A stretch of DNA of 64,000 nucleotides from Octopus vulgaris (taxonomy: Eukaryota). A model generated the notes under the pieces. It was not told the origin of the DNA. It worked only from the letters and a program-made list of their open reading frames with translations, and ran no database searches. A program made the position numbers and the translations under genes. The stretch spans positions 4,340,001 to 4,404,000 of the forward strand of contig OX597820.1 in assembly GCA_951406725.2 (NCBI GenBank), given 5' to 3'. Of this stretch, positions 14,490-27,162 are shown in pieces (positions within the stretch are counted from its first letter, which is position 1; every line of letters begins with the position of its first letter).

Positions 14490-15507
14490 ACATAAAAATA
14501 TCTCAAAGTACAAAAGAATAAATTTATTCAATAAAATCGCCATTGGCTTCAAACATGGCCCCCAGATGACTTTGGAATCTCCTGGAACACTTCTTGATGG
14601 TTTCCTTGTTTAAGTTGGTAAATGCTGCCATAATCCTTGCTTTCTGTTCATCTTTTGCGTTACAAGGAGTTTTGATGGTCCCTCATTCAACTGCCCCAAC
14701 ACATAATAATCAAGGGGACTGCGGTCTGGAGAGTTAGGTGGCCAGATTTTAGGGGTGGTGAGGTCAGAGAAGTTGTCTGACAGCCATGACTGTGTTCTCT
14801 TGCTTGTGTGGCATGGTGTAGAGTCCTGTTGTCAGACATAGGGTCTTCCAGCAGCCACCCTTTTGGCTCAAGGTAGCACTGCCTCCTCCAGGCACTTGAT
14901 GTAGGCCTCCATGTTGAATGTGAGGCCATGTGGGAAGATGAATGGAGACATAACATTGTCATGACTAGTGATCACTTCAAACATCATGATGTTGATTGGA
15001 TGTTTGATATTTATCTCTTTCGGGGACACGGCAAGCCAATGGTTGTTCTGTGTGTTCACCATCTGCTCATAAAGGAGCTTCCAGTACGAATGCCAAGCAG
15101 TACATTTTGTTTCCAAAGTTCTTTTCTACTGCAAGCACAAGGCCCAAACTTTTTTTGTGGGGAGGGGCAGTTGATTAGATCAACCTAGTATGCAACTGGT
15201 ACTTAATTTATTGATCCAGAAAGGATGAAAGGCAAAGTCGACCTTGGTGGAATTTGAACTCAGTTATGTAAAGACAGACGAAATACCGCTAAGCATTTTG
15301 CCCCTACATACTAACACATCTTTCAGCTCACCGCCTTGTTGTTTCCAAATTTCTGGCAGAGTGAATTGCCTCATGGTGCTGTTTTTCCTACAGATGGTGC
15401 CCTACTGACCCTACTATACTATATAGTCAACAAAATCAAAAACAAACAATGAACATTTGCGAAATTAAAAATATAAAATGACAACAATTTACCCATCACA
15501 GCCTGTA
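14490..15507 (-). mobile_element. Tc1/mariner superfamily, maT (DD37D)-like defective element, interrupted by a SINE-B at ~15133-15336
   Basis: Minus-strand peptides KHPINIMMFEVITSHDNVMSPFIFPHGLTFNMEAYIKCLEEAVLP and a WPPNSPD-type motif. Terminal sequence ACAATTTACCCATCACAGCCTG-TA. Homologous to 21521-22409 and 55667-56476. Confidence 0.8.
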
Positions 15508-15527
15508 TATATATTTGACATGTATGT

Positions 15528-16018
15528 GAAGGCACATGGCTCAGTGGTTAGAGTGTCGAGCTTATCATCATGAGGTTATGAGTTCGATTCCCGGACCGAG
15601 CTGCATGTTGTGGTCTTGAGCAAGACTCTTTATTTCATGTTGCTCCAGTTCACTCAGCTGTAAAAATGAGTCATGGCATCAATGGTGCCAAGCTATATTG
15701 GCCTTTTCCTTTCTCTTGGATAACATCGGCGGCGTGAACAGGGGAGGCCGGTATGCATGGGCAACTGCTGGCCTTCCACAAACAACCTTGCCTGGACTTG
15801 TGCCTCGGAGGGGAGATTTCTAGGTGCAACCCCATAGTCATTCATGACCGAAGGGGGTCTTTGCCCTTTACCCTATGTACATATAATGGCATGGAGAGGG
15901 GAGGCTGGTATCCATAGGCAACTGCTGCTCTTCCATAAACAACCTTGCCTGGACTTGTGCCTCAGAGGGGAGATTTCTAGGTGCAACCCCATGGTCATTC
16001 ATGACCGAAGGGGGTCTC
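15528..16018 (+). mobile_element. tRNA-derived SINE family D with a tandemly duplicated 3' part
   Basis: A-box TGGCTCAGTGGTTAGAG, B-box GAGTTCGATTCCC and core-like GTCTTGAGCAAGAC. Segment ~15740-15860 is repeated at ~15895-16017. Confidence 0.75.
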
Positions 16019-16033
16019 CTCCTGTCATGTATA

Positions 16034-16076
<43 letters not shown>

Positions 16077-16544
16077 TGTGTGCGTGTGTGTATAAATAAG
16101 CATACAGACAGAGTAACACAGACACAAACATATAGACAGACACACAGACAGATAATTCCTGGTGTTACTTATTCATAGGAATAAAGTGAAGCTGCCGGAA
16201 TAAAGAACTGAGTGTGTTTGCTGTTGGTGTTAATGTATTTTTATTAAAAACAATGAAAGGAGCAAAATACTTCTTGTTAGACTCGTTGCGTTCAATAAGA
16301 CACATCCACTCATAGAAGTACACGGATTCATTTGTACGTACACGTGTGCACGCTTCCACGTTGGGTTTTTATATCTGTGTAGGCTGTGATATTCAATTAA
16401 TCAATCAATATGTGTGTGTGTGTGTGTGTGTATGTGCATGTATCTGTATGCATATGTAAGAGAGTGGGTGTATTTATATGCGTGAGTGTATGTACACACA
16501 TACACATACACATAGATGTAAATATATTACTACTATTGTTATTG

Positions 16545-16612
<68 letters not shown>

Positions 16613-17069
16613 CAGATTAAAATCATTGCCATTACTTCAAAGGTTGAAAATCAATTTTGTCTCCTCTTTCCTCTAATATCATCTATGATGTCTTCCTCTT
16701 TCTTTCAATGTTGGCCATGTCTACCTTGTACTTACCAATTTCAATTGAGAAACCTTTTCACACTAATGAAAGATATCAATTGAAAGGATTTTTTTTTCTG
16801 TAATAAAAAAAACATCATTGAATCACTCAGGTTTGTCTGCTAAAGCTGTCATTCCATCTGTTTACAATCACACATCTGGAGAATGTTGAACCATATTGTT
16901 TATGCGAAAAAACAAATAATACACAACACCTTGATAATAATTGCCAAGTGAGATGGGAAAATAATTTCCAGGGAATTCTTACAGTTCATTTGTTTAGAGC
17001 TGGAATAACGCTGCCAGAATATTGCCCATGTTTTGTGTGGAAACATTTGTTGTAACGTTCTCAATGCCA

Positions 17070-17700
17070 AGGATTCTACAGAGTGAACCTGGTGCTTTTT
17101 TCATGGCACCAACACCAGTGGGGTCACCAAGTAACTCACAGGACGAGAACCCTTGATTGAGTGGTTTATAGCATTGAAGGAGGTGGATTTCTACCAGGTG
17201 ATGAGGGGTTAAAGTGTGATAGAGGGATAGGAATGGGTGTTTTGCTGTAGGGGAGATACATGGCTACCCTGGTTGGAAAAAAAAGAGGATGATGACTGAT
17301 GAGGTGTCAAGATGTTCACCCAAGGTAAAAGAAGATGAATTTAAGAGGGAATCAGGAGAGAAAATCAGGAAGGGTGGCTGGATGGGTATGTTTTCAAGAG
17401 TACTGTAGTGTGATGGAGGAAAAGGACAACAGAGAAAGAAGCAAACGGGAGAAAGAGATACAAAAGGCCTGACCTGTTGACCTCGGCGGAATCAGCGGTC
17501 ACTCTCAAGAAATAAACACGTCTTTGCTCACTGCCGTCTCTGCTCGAACTGACCACACGTGCTTCCTGCCCACGCATGCCCCGTGACTGTGCCACAGGCC
17601 CCTGTAGTCTTAACTTCCGGCCACCTCATCTGCAATCCCCTCCACCAACACCACATAGCTCCATCACAGCCCATACGAAAGGTGAGTGACAGATGGTTAG
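17070..17700 (-). mobile_element. Probable non-autonomous RTE-related element (degenerate RTE-like 3' motif plus a GC-rich upstream part)
   Basis: The minus strand ends in ...AAAAAGCACCAGGTTCACTCTGTAGAATCCTTGGCATTG, similar to the RTE 3' terminus. The upstream part is unassigned. Confidence 0.35.
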
Positions 17701-18429
17701 ATGTGGTGATAGAGATGAATGCAGTGAGTGGTGAAATGTGGAGGTATGATTGATGGTGTATATCAGTTTGGGGTAAAGGTGAAGGACAGAAAGGAGCAAG
17801 TGAGTGAGGAGTAGGGGGATAAGTGACAGTTCAAAAGAAAGGGGGGTGGAAAGCATAAGTCTAATAAAACCATAGATAGATGAGGAATTGAGAGATGTTG
17901 CAAAGCAAAGGGAAGAGAGTGACACACAGTGACAGAGATAGAGGCCAGAGGTATGTAGGGGTGGATATACTGTATGATGAACAAAATGTGTATGTGTGTG
18001 TATGTGGGGTGGGCTACTGATGGCAGATAAATGAGAGTGTTGAGAATGAAAGTAAATATGAGAGGGTGTTTAAGGATGAGATATGGAAGTTATAAGGTAT
18101 ACTTCAGCTGTGTTCAGTGGAAAATAAAATGGGAAAAGATGTATTAAGAATAAGAGATGGATCACTAAAGAAAATGGTTCCATTATGAAGGACCACTGGT
18201 ACCACAGGAGGGGATGAAATATAGGCTGGTTTGCTCTCTCGTATAATTTCTTTGAGGAAATTGTATCAAAGCTAGAAGAGTGAAAGAGAGCTGGGTGTCA
18301 GAGAGAAGGGATGTAGGAAAGGCTTGGCAGGAAAGATTAGGGATTGGTCATCGGTCTATTGGCATTTAAGGATCTCATTCTTTTGCTGAGATTGTTGGGT
18401 CTTCCATTACATATTACCTGTCATCTTAG

Positions 18430-18610
18430 CTTTGTTAAATCCACAAGTATTTTTTTATTCTCTCTGTTTATTTCCTCATGTTCCTTTCTGCTGAAGAGCA
18501 TAGGCTTGAAATGTAAAAGACTTTCTCACTTTCCAGAGTGTCAAACTAATACACCTGCTTGTTGTTCATACACCTGTCTTCGTCTTTTGGTTTTCTGTAA
18601 ATTTCAACTA
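18430..18610 (+). mobile_element. Short Penelope-pLTR-like repeat with a minimal hammerhead-like core; related copies at 19361-19550 (-) and ~44535-44760 (-)
   Basis: CTGAAGAGCATAGGCTTGAAATGTA here; GAAGAGCGTAGGCTCGAAACGTA on the minus strand near 19450-19480. The copies share downstream sequence and lie beside (TA)n or other simple tracts. Confidence 0.5.
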
Positions 18611-18622
18611 TGTATCTATCTA

Positions 18623-18688
<66 letters not shown>

Positions 18689-18734
18689 CATACATGTATA
18701 CATACATACATACATACATACATACATACATAAA

Positions 18735-19115
18735 AAGCATGGCTGTGTGATAAAAAGTCTGCTTCCCAACCATGTGGTTCCAGGTTCATTCCCTCTGTGT
18801 GGTACCTAGAGCAAATGTCTTCTACTATAGCCTTGACCATACCAAAAGCTCAGATGGAAACTGAAAGATGTCCAATGCATGTATGTGTGTGTGTGTGTGT
18901 GTGTGCACGCATGTGTGTGTGTATGTTTGTCTCCCACCACCACTTGACAACCAATGTTGGTGTGTTTATGTCCCCTTAACTTAGCAGTTCAACAAAACTG
19001 ACTGACAGAATAAGTGTCAGGCTTAAGTTCTGGGGACAATCCATTTGACTAAAAGTTCTTCAAGGCAGTGCCCCAGCATGGCCGCAGTCGAATGACTGAA
19101 ACATGTAAAAAGTAA
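18735..19115 (+). mobile_element. tRNA-derived SINE family A (CORE-like), degenerate, followed by a SINE-B copy (~19140-19345)
   Basis: TGGCTGTGTG...CCAGGTTCATTCCC head, internal (TG)n, and 3' GCCCCAGCATGGCCGCAGTC...ATGACTGAAAC. Confidence 0.7.
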
Positions 19116-19566
19116 GAAGATGAAAGATACACATAATGTGAGCTGGCAGAGTTGCTACCGTGCTAGGCAAAACGCTAAGCAGCATTTCATCTGTCTTGAC
19201 ATTCTCAGTTCAAACCCTGTCGAAGTCAACTTTACCTTTCAACTTTTTAAGGTCAATGAAGTAAGTTCCTACCAAGCACTGGGTTGATGTACGTGACTAT
19301 CCCCCGTCCCCAAAATATCAACCCTTGTGCCAATAGGCAAAAGAATTATATATATATATAGGGAGAGTTTACGAAAAAAACAAAAGACGAAGACAGGTGG
19401 TGTACAATACAAACAGATGTATTAGTATAACGCTCAGGAATAGAGAAAGTCTTTTACGTTTCGAGCCTACGCTCTTCTACAGAAAGGGACACAGAAAAAA
19501 ACAAGGAGAGAAAAAAAATGTGTGTAGTGGCTAACGATCTATCATGGCGATATATATATATATATA

Positions 19567-20038
19567 AGTTCAGCAAAATTTAGATTCAAATGAATATGGT
19601 ACTTAAGTTAAAGGCAGCACCAGAATGGTATTATCCATGTAAATCAAATGGGGTGATTATAATCAAAATAAGCAACAAGTATATCCAAGGTAGTGTAGTA
19701 CAATCGTTTCATGCTACTTCATTTTATTAAACACTGTAAGTATTACATCAGTTTTAAAACTCAGTGATAAAAAATCTACAGATGGAGAAGCACATACTTC
19801 CACCATGTTCTTAATGATGAAATTAACCTCTCTGTCTATATATCTGCCCTCTTTGTAATGTTGGCAAATGAAATAAGTATAAAAATGTACATTGTTCATT
19901 TAATTAAAAAACTCTATATGTGGCTGAAGATTGCTCGACATTTTAAAACTAATGTAATACTTACAGTGTTTAATAAAATGAAGTAGCATGAAACGATTGT
20001 ACTACACTACCTTGGATATCCTCGTTGCTTATTTTGAT
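19567..20038. mobile_element. Short element in (TA)n with ~98-bp inverted repeats (19662-19759 and 19941-20038), Penelope-like inverted-pLTR architecture; truncated relative at ~41482-41675
   Basis: ATCAAAATAAGCAAC...ATCCAAGGTAGTGTAGTACAATCGTTTCATGCTACTTCATTTTATTAAACACTGTAAGTATTACAT is reverse-complemented at 19941-20038. Confidence 0.6.
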
Positions 20039-20056
20039 ATATATATATATATATAT

Positions 20057-21034
20057 CAGTGGTGTGCGGTGATTTCCGGGGTTGGGCATGCAATTTTTCA
20101 GTAAAAAATTTTCGAATTCCTACGATTTACAATGGGGGATTCTGAATATGCAATCACCCCCGTATGACCTAGAATAAAAAAAAAACGTCGCCCTGGTACT
20201 ATTTAAGAAGAGTGGTCGCTTTGCGCGCGCTCGCGCACCCGCGCTGGCTAGTCGATCCTACGTTAAACTTACAAATTACAATTTTGTTTTCAATTTTGTT
20301 TACAATAATGTTTTCTTTTGACACATTCTACCAGTATACGAAGTTTCAAATTGTTTAGTTAACTAGAAAATTCCGTCCATCAAAAGGAAAAGATCCATCG
20401 TTTATAACACACATTTCACTCATTTCGTAAAAGGCTGTTTACACACGTGGAAGCGCCGGCGTAAATTGTAAGTCAATTTCAACAAAACGGAAAAAGAGAC
20501 AGAGAGTGGGTATCATGCGGTCAGCTCATAGCATGACATGCCACTGAGAGAGAGAGGAAGGGGGTACAAAATATTATGAATGACCTTTCCTCCTAGCATC
20601 TGTTTTATCAAGTCACTAAGAGAGAGAGAGAGAGAGGAAGGAGGGACAAACTAACAAAGATACAGAGAGGGAGGTCATGCGGGTCTTCCCACAGCATGAC
20701 GAGCCATTAAGAGAAAGAGGAAGGGGGTAAAAATATTTCAAATGCCCTATCCTCTTAGCATGTCTTTTAAACAAGTCACTAAGAGAGAGAGAGAGAGAGA
20801 GAGAGGAAGGAAGGACAAACTGAGACAGAGAGGGAGTGTCTGACATGCTGGTCTTGTCAATGCATAACTTCTAAAAGCAGAAGTAGAGTCACTGAGAGAG
20901 AAGGGGAGACAAAATATTTCCAAAAACAACTGGACGGATTTTCTTTGAAACAAATCTAATTTTCCGATCATATGGATAAAAAAAATCACAGGGCATGCAA
21001 TGCATACGGTGCATACCTGAGAGTGCACGCCCCT
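20057..21034. mobile_element. Non-autonomous DNA transposon (hAT-like termini) inserted in (TA)n, with ~165-bp internal tandem repeats
   Basis: Imperfect TIRs CAGTGGTGTGC and GCACGCCCCTA. About 2.5 internal repeats at ~20495-20930 (CATGCGG...AGCATGAC...GAGGAAGGGGGTA.AAAATATT...CAAGTCACTAAG(AG)n). CpG-rich relative to the flanks. Confidence 0.55.
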
Positions 21035-21299
21035 AATATATATATATATAAAGAAAGAAAATGGAGAGTTTGAACATAGCATATTCGATTTATTTACCTT
21101 TTGTCAATTATATAAGCCTTTAAAGAGGAATCTATCTCCTCAGAAAACCTTACTCACAATAGTTATATATTGAATGGCAATACCCAGATGTCAAAGCAAT
21201 AATGATATCCATGGGGCAGCTGGTGATGGAGGTATGTAGGATTGCTGGTATGGCTGTTATCGTATCCTTTTGATACACACCATCAAAAACACCACCCGA

Positions 21300-21518
21300 A
21301 CATGGTTGATGCAGTGCCCCCTGACTGGCTCACATGCTGGTGGCACGTAAAAAGCACCCACTACACTCTCGGAGGGGTTGGCGTTAAGAAGGGCATCCAG
21401 CTGTGGAAACTCTGCCGGATCAGACTGGGCCTGGTGCAGCCCACTGGCTTGCCAGCCCTCAATCAAAACGTCCAACTCATGCCAGCATCATGATGATGAT
21501 GATGATGATGAATATGAT
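21300..21518 (+). mobile_element. RTE-family 3' terminus with (GAT)n tail
   Basis: GGTGGCACGTAAAAAGCACCCACTACACTC...GGGCATCCAGCTGT...GTCCAACTCATGCCAGCAT then (GAT)n. Confidence 0.75.
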
Positions 21519-21520
21519 GA

Positions 21521-22409
21521 CAGGGTGCGATGGGTAAATTGTCACCATTCTATAACTTTAATTTAGTGCATGTGCATTGTTTGTTTTTAATTTTGTCAAC
21601 TACACAGTATAGTAGGATCAGCTGGGCACCGTCTGTGAGAAAGACAGCACTGTGACCCAATCGACTCTGCCAGAAATTTGGAAACAACATGCTGTACTCT
21701 TTGGTATTCATATTGGAAGCACCAACACAAATATTTCAGAGTGTTTGGGTGTTAATCTGAGGACAATGCAACCTGAAGACATGTACCGAGAGGGATAAAT
21801 AACAAGCATCCAGTCAACATCAAGGTGTTTGGAGGGATCACTAGTGATGGAAATGTTATGCCTCCATTCATCTTCCCACACAACCTCAAACACCACATGG
21901 AGACCTACATCAAGTGTCTGGAAGAGGCAGTGCTGTCCTGGGTGATGAGGGTGGCTGCTGGAAGACCTTATGTCTGGCAACAGGTCTCTGCACCATGCCA
22001 CACATGCAGGAGAACCTAGTCATGGTTGTCAGACCATTTCTGTGACCACATCACCCCCAACATCTGGCCACCTAACTCTCCAGACTGCAACCCCCCTTGA
22101 TTATTATGTGTGGGACACATTTGAGCAAGGGATCAACAAAAGTCCTTGTAACACCAAAGATGTACTGAAGGCAAGGATTATGGCAGCATTCACCCACTTA
22201 AACAAGATCATCCAGAAGAATTGCAGTTGATTCCAAAGTTGTCTGGAGGCTGTGACTGAAGCCAATGGCGATTTTATTGAATAGATTTACTCTTTAGTAT
22301 TTCAGGATATTTTAATGTAATTTTGGTAAATATATCTGTTAAAATGAGATGACAGTATTATTTTCATTTTTGCGTAATTTAGACGACAGTTTATTCACCA
22401 TACCTTGTA
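21521..22409 (+). mobile_element. maT/DD37D-like Tc1-mariner element, internally deleted transposase pseudogene
   Basis: Peptides VFGGITSDGNVMPPFIF...YVWQQVSAPCHT...WPPNSPDCNPLDYYVW...LEAVTEANGDFIE across stops and frameshifts. Imperfect TIRs CAGGGTGCGATGGGTAAATTGTC and GACAGTTTATTCACCATACCTTG-TA. Confidence 0.85.
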
Positions 22410-23145
22410 TATGTAATGTGGAAGAGAGAGAGAGAGAGATATGTGTATGTGTGTGTGTGTGTGTGTGCAAGAAGCAAGGGGAGTAGGGAGAAATGGGATG
22501 TTAATCCCCATTACCTTCCCAGGGACTAAAAGAAAAAGGAGACCTGATTTTCTAATGATATTCAACGTTCCATAATAGAAAATTTGCCCAAAACGTGGCA
22601 AGGCAAGATTTTCATGTTTGTTCAGCATACTTAAGTAGACAATGCAGCCTTTCACCTGAAATCTGGTCTAAATTCATATGAAACCTCACAGAGATTAAAT
22701 AATCCCCAATGCAAATAGTCTGTGTGAAATTATTGCAATGAGCTGGAGATAATAAGGTCAAGAGCACTTACCTTGTTATTGACCATGTGATAGGTTGTTC
22801 CATATAATAAAGTACATGAGACAGTTGCTGTCTGAGTACAAACTGTACAGAGTAGTAATTAATTGCGAGAAGGGTCTCTGTATTTCTTTACGTAACCATA
22901 ATATGCTACCAGTTATATTGAAGGCTTATAAGCCAGTGTCCTACCAGGGTTATCTGTTGTGATGTGTCTGATATATAAAATTGGTCTATTCATTTGTGAT
23001 ACACCATTAAATTTAATGGTTATTTAAGCAATGTGTTTGCATATGATTAATGGGTTCAATGTGGAACTGATGAAAGAGGAATAACTCTTGAAATATGCAT
23101 GTACATCTTTTACCTGTTTTCTATCTTTGATCACATTGCCTACAT

Positions 23146-23401
23146 CAGTGATTCTCAACCGTTTTTCACCTGTAGACTCCTATGATGTCCATTTTACTCA
23201 GATGGACCCTCCTAGCCATTTTGATGCTTTAAAAAATCCTTCTACATTTTTTACAATTAAATATTAGGAATTGTATAAAAAAGTTGTTAAAATATTTTAT
23301 GTATTTTAGAAGCATAACCAGTTTGTTGCACATAAACGTTAACAGCAAAATCTTATCTGGACCCACAAAAGGGCCACATGGCCCCCAGTTGAGAAGCACT
23401 G
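23146..23401. mobile_element. hAT (Charlie/MER5-like) MITE
   Basis: TIRs CAGTGATTCTCAAC and GTTGAGAAGCACTG; near-match 8-bp TSD GCCTACAT/GTTTACAT. Confidence 0.8.
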
Positions 23402-23577
23402 GTTTACATAGATGTATTCATATATGAAATGTTGTAAAATTCAGTGCTGGCTCTAGTTTCTTTAGAAAATCTAGAGAATTAACTTTAAACAGAATAATAA
23501 CTGGAAACCAACAAACATGGGGGAAGGATGACAACGATTGGCTAACTTTACAAACATATTCAACACAAAGAGTGTAC

Positions 23578-23690
23578 AAGAAGAAGGAGGAGGAGGAGGA
23601 GGAGTAGTAGAAGAAGAAGAAGAAGAAGAAGAAGAAGAAGAAGAAGAAGAAGAAGAAGAAGAAGAAGAAGAAGAAGAAGAAGAAGAAGAA
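23578..23690. repeat. (GGA)n/(GAA)n microsatellite
   Basis: Direct reading. Confidence 0.95.
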
Positions 23691-23827
23691 TACAAATAAG
23701 CTAGGTGTAAGGTGAAAAAGATAGATTGGTCAGAAAGAATGATTTTCAATCATGCTACAGCTTTTGGTTTGTAACCGTTAATGTCATCTTAGATGTTGAT
23801 ACAATTCGCATGGCATTGATATAAGCC

Positions 23828-25561
23828 CACTCTACTCACATGACCACAGTCTGCTCTACTCACATGACCACAGTCTGCTCTACTCACATGACCACACTCT
23901 GCTCTACTCACATGACCACACTCTGCTCTACTCACATGACCACACTCTGCTCTACTCACATGACCACAGTCTGCTCTACTCACATGACCACACTCTGCTC
24001 TACTCACATGACCACACTCTGCTCTACTCACATGACCACACTCTGCTCTACTCACATGACCACACTCTGCTCTACTCACATGACCACACTCTGCTCTACT
24101 CACATGACCACACTCTGCTCTACTCACATGACCACACTCTGCTCTACTCACATGGCCACACTCTGCTCTACTCACATGACCACACTCTGCTCTACTCACA
24201 TGACCGCACTCTGCTCTACTCACATGACCACACTCTGCTCTACTCACATGACCACACTCTGCTCTACTCACATGACCATACTCTGCTCTACTCACATGGC
24301 CACACTCTGCTCTACTCACATGACCACACTCTGCTCTACTCACATGACCACACTCTGCTCTACTCACATGACCATACTCTGCTCTACTCACATGACCCTC
24401 TGCTCTACTCACATGACCACACTCTGCTCTACTCACATGACCACACTCTGCTCTACTCACATGACCACACTCTGCTCTACTCACATGACCACACTCTGCT
24501 CTACTCACATGACCACACTCTGCTCTACTCACATGACCACACTCTGCTCTACTCACATGACCATACTCTGCTCTACTCACATGACCACACTCTGCTCTAC
24601 TCACATGACCACACTCTGCTCTACTCACATGACCACACTCTGCTCTACTCACATGACCACACTCTGCTCTACTCACATGACCACATTCTGCTCTACTCAC
24701 ATGACCACACTCTGCTCTACTCACATGACCACACTCTGCTCTACTCACATGACCATACTCTGCTCTACTCACATGACCACACTCTGCTCTACTCACATGA
24801 CCACACTCTGCTCTACTCACATGACCACACTCTGCTCTACTCACATGACTACACTCTGCTCTACTCACATGACCATACTCTGCTCTACTCACATGACCAC
24901 ACTCTGCTCTACTCACATGACCACACTCTGCTCTACTCACATGACCACACTCTGCTCTACTCACATGACCACACTCTGCTCTACTCACATGACCATACTC
25001 TGCTCTACTCACATGACCATACTCTGCTCTACTCACATGGCCACACTCTGCTCTACTCACATGACCACACTCTGCTCTACTCACATGACCACACTCTGCT
25101 CTACTCACATGACCACACTCTGCTCTACTCACATGACCACACTCTGCTCTACTCACATGACCACACTCTGCTCTACTCACATGACCATACTCTGCTCTAC
25201 TCACATGACCATACTCTGCTCTACTCACATGACCACACTCTGCTCTACTCACATGGCCGCACTCTGCTCTACTCACATGACCATACTCTGCTCTACTCAC
25301 ATGACCACACTCTGCTTTACTCACATGACCATACTCTGCTCTACTCACATGGCCACACTCTGCTCTACTCACATGACCACACTCTGCTCTACTCACATGA
25401 CCACGCTCTGCTCTACTCACATGGCCACACTCTACTCTACTCATATGACCACACTCTGCTCTACTCACATGACCACAGTCTGCTCTACTCATATGGCCAC
25501 ATTCTACTCTACTCACATGGCCACACTCTACTCTACTCATATGGCCACACTCTGCTCTACT
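23828..25561. repeat. 24-bp minisatellite (ATGACCACACTCTGCTCTACTCAC), about 72 copies
   Basis: Direct reading; produces the (MTTLCSTH)n and (GHVSRAEC)n ORFs; one unit near 24395 lacks 3 bp. Confidence 0.97.
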
Positions 25562-25594
25562 GGCACAAACCCACTGAACACTACCAATATTGAT

Positions 25595-26085
25595 TTCAAT
25601 TTTTGGTGTGAGGCCACCAATTTCGGGCTGGGAGTAAGTCAGTTACTTTGACCCTAGTGTGCAACTGGTACTTATTTTATCAACCCCAAAAAGATGAAAG
25701 GCTAAGTGGATCTCAGTGGAATTTGAACTCAAAACACGAAGGCAAATTAAATGCTGTTGACCGGTTTCCCTGATGTGCAGATTCTCCCAGCTCGCCTGCC
25801 TTCGGTTCTACCAATTCTAATGCACTGTGAAGGCAGCAAATTGGCATTTTGTCTGTCAATATGTTCCGAGTTCAAATTCTGCTGGGGTCAACTTTGTCTT
25901 TTGTCCTTTTGGGGTGAATAAAATAAGTACCAGTTGAACACTGGGGTCATGTCAGTCGAGTACAGGGAATGTCATCTTTGTGGAGTACAGTGAGGGTCAT
26001 GTCAGGACAGTGGATTCATCTCAGTAAAGATTTACCCTGCTTCTCTGAAATTGCTGTCTTTGTGCCAAAATATGAAACCAATATT
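25595..26085. mobile_element. Two divergent degenerate SINE-B copies (~25595-25803 minus, ~25830-26085 plus)
   Basis: GGTACTTATTTTATCAACCCCAAAAAGATGAAAGGC and its complement GAGTTCAAATTCTG...GGGGTGAATAAAATAAGTACCAGTTG. Confidence 0.65.
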
Positions 26086-26087
26086 GC

Positions 26088-26665
26088 CACACTCTACTGA
26101 CATGACCCTGTTTGTACTCTACTGTCAATGACACCAACGTCCTCTACTGACTTGACCTCAGTGTACTCTGCTGATGTAGCAGCCTCAATGTAATGAATTG
26201 ACATCACCACACTGTACTGTACAGAAATGACCTCTTTGTACTGATATCATCCCACTGTACTCTACTAACTTCATTTCACTGTACTGACATGACCTCATCG
26301 TACTCTACTGTCATGACCTTAATGTACTCTACTGAGACGACTCCACAGTCCCGCATGACTTCACAGTACTGTACTGTCATACCCCAGCAGTACTCTACTT
26401 GCTCAATCCCACTGTACTCTACCGACATGACCCACTGTACTCCACTGACTTCATTTCACTGACACGACCTCATTGTACTCTACAGCCACAACCTCATTGT
26501 ACTCTACTGAGATGATCCCATTGTCCCGACATGACCTCACTGTAGTCTTTGCTCACGACTCCACTGTACTCTGCTTGTCTGACCTCACCGTACTCTACTG
26601 ACACGTAACAGTGCTGCACTGACACCACATGTGATCACTGTACTCGGCCACACTGCACTGACATT
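26088..26665. repeat. Degenerate ~24-bp repeat (GTACTCTACTGACATGACCTCACT-like) related to the upstream minisatellite
   Basis: Recurrent ACTCTACT and ACATGACC motifs with irregular spacing. Confidence 0.7.
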
Positions 26666-27019
26666 AACCCCCCCCCCCCCCCGTGCACTAGTCTCTAAAA
26701 ACTCTTCGTATTAAACCATTCAGGTTACATTTAATTAGTTGAAAAAACCGTTAGAGATAATATTAATATCCTAATTAGTATTGCCTGAAGATTTTAATTA
26801 ACATCGCTCACATATGTTTGAGACTTGGGAATAAGATCAGAATTACATGGGTGAGAATTATTCCGGGATGAGGTGCGGTGGAGGGGGGAAGTTACAGAGT
26901 TCCCCCATGTTACATTCTAAATATACATTGACAGTGTTAAATATTTAAATCTGGCTTTTACAGATTTGCTGCCTATTACACAATTAAGGGATTAATTTTA
27001 ATATGCTAAGTAGTCAACT

Positions 27020-27125
27020 ACACACATACACACACTCATACGCACACAGATACACACACACACGCACACACAAACACACTCTCACACACACACACACACT
27101 CTCTCTCTCTCTCTCAGATTGATAA

Positions 27126-27162
<37 letters not shown>

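Noticed and set aside
17599-17682. Possible 84-nt + strand exon ending AAG|GTGAGT
   Set aside because: The donor is good but the peptide is unrecognised and the segment adjoins probable RTE-related repeat sequence; support is insufficient.
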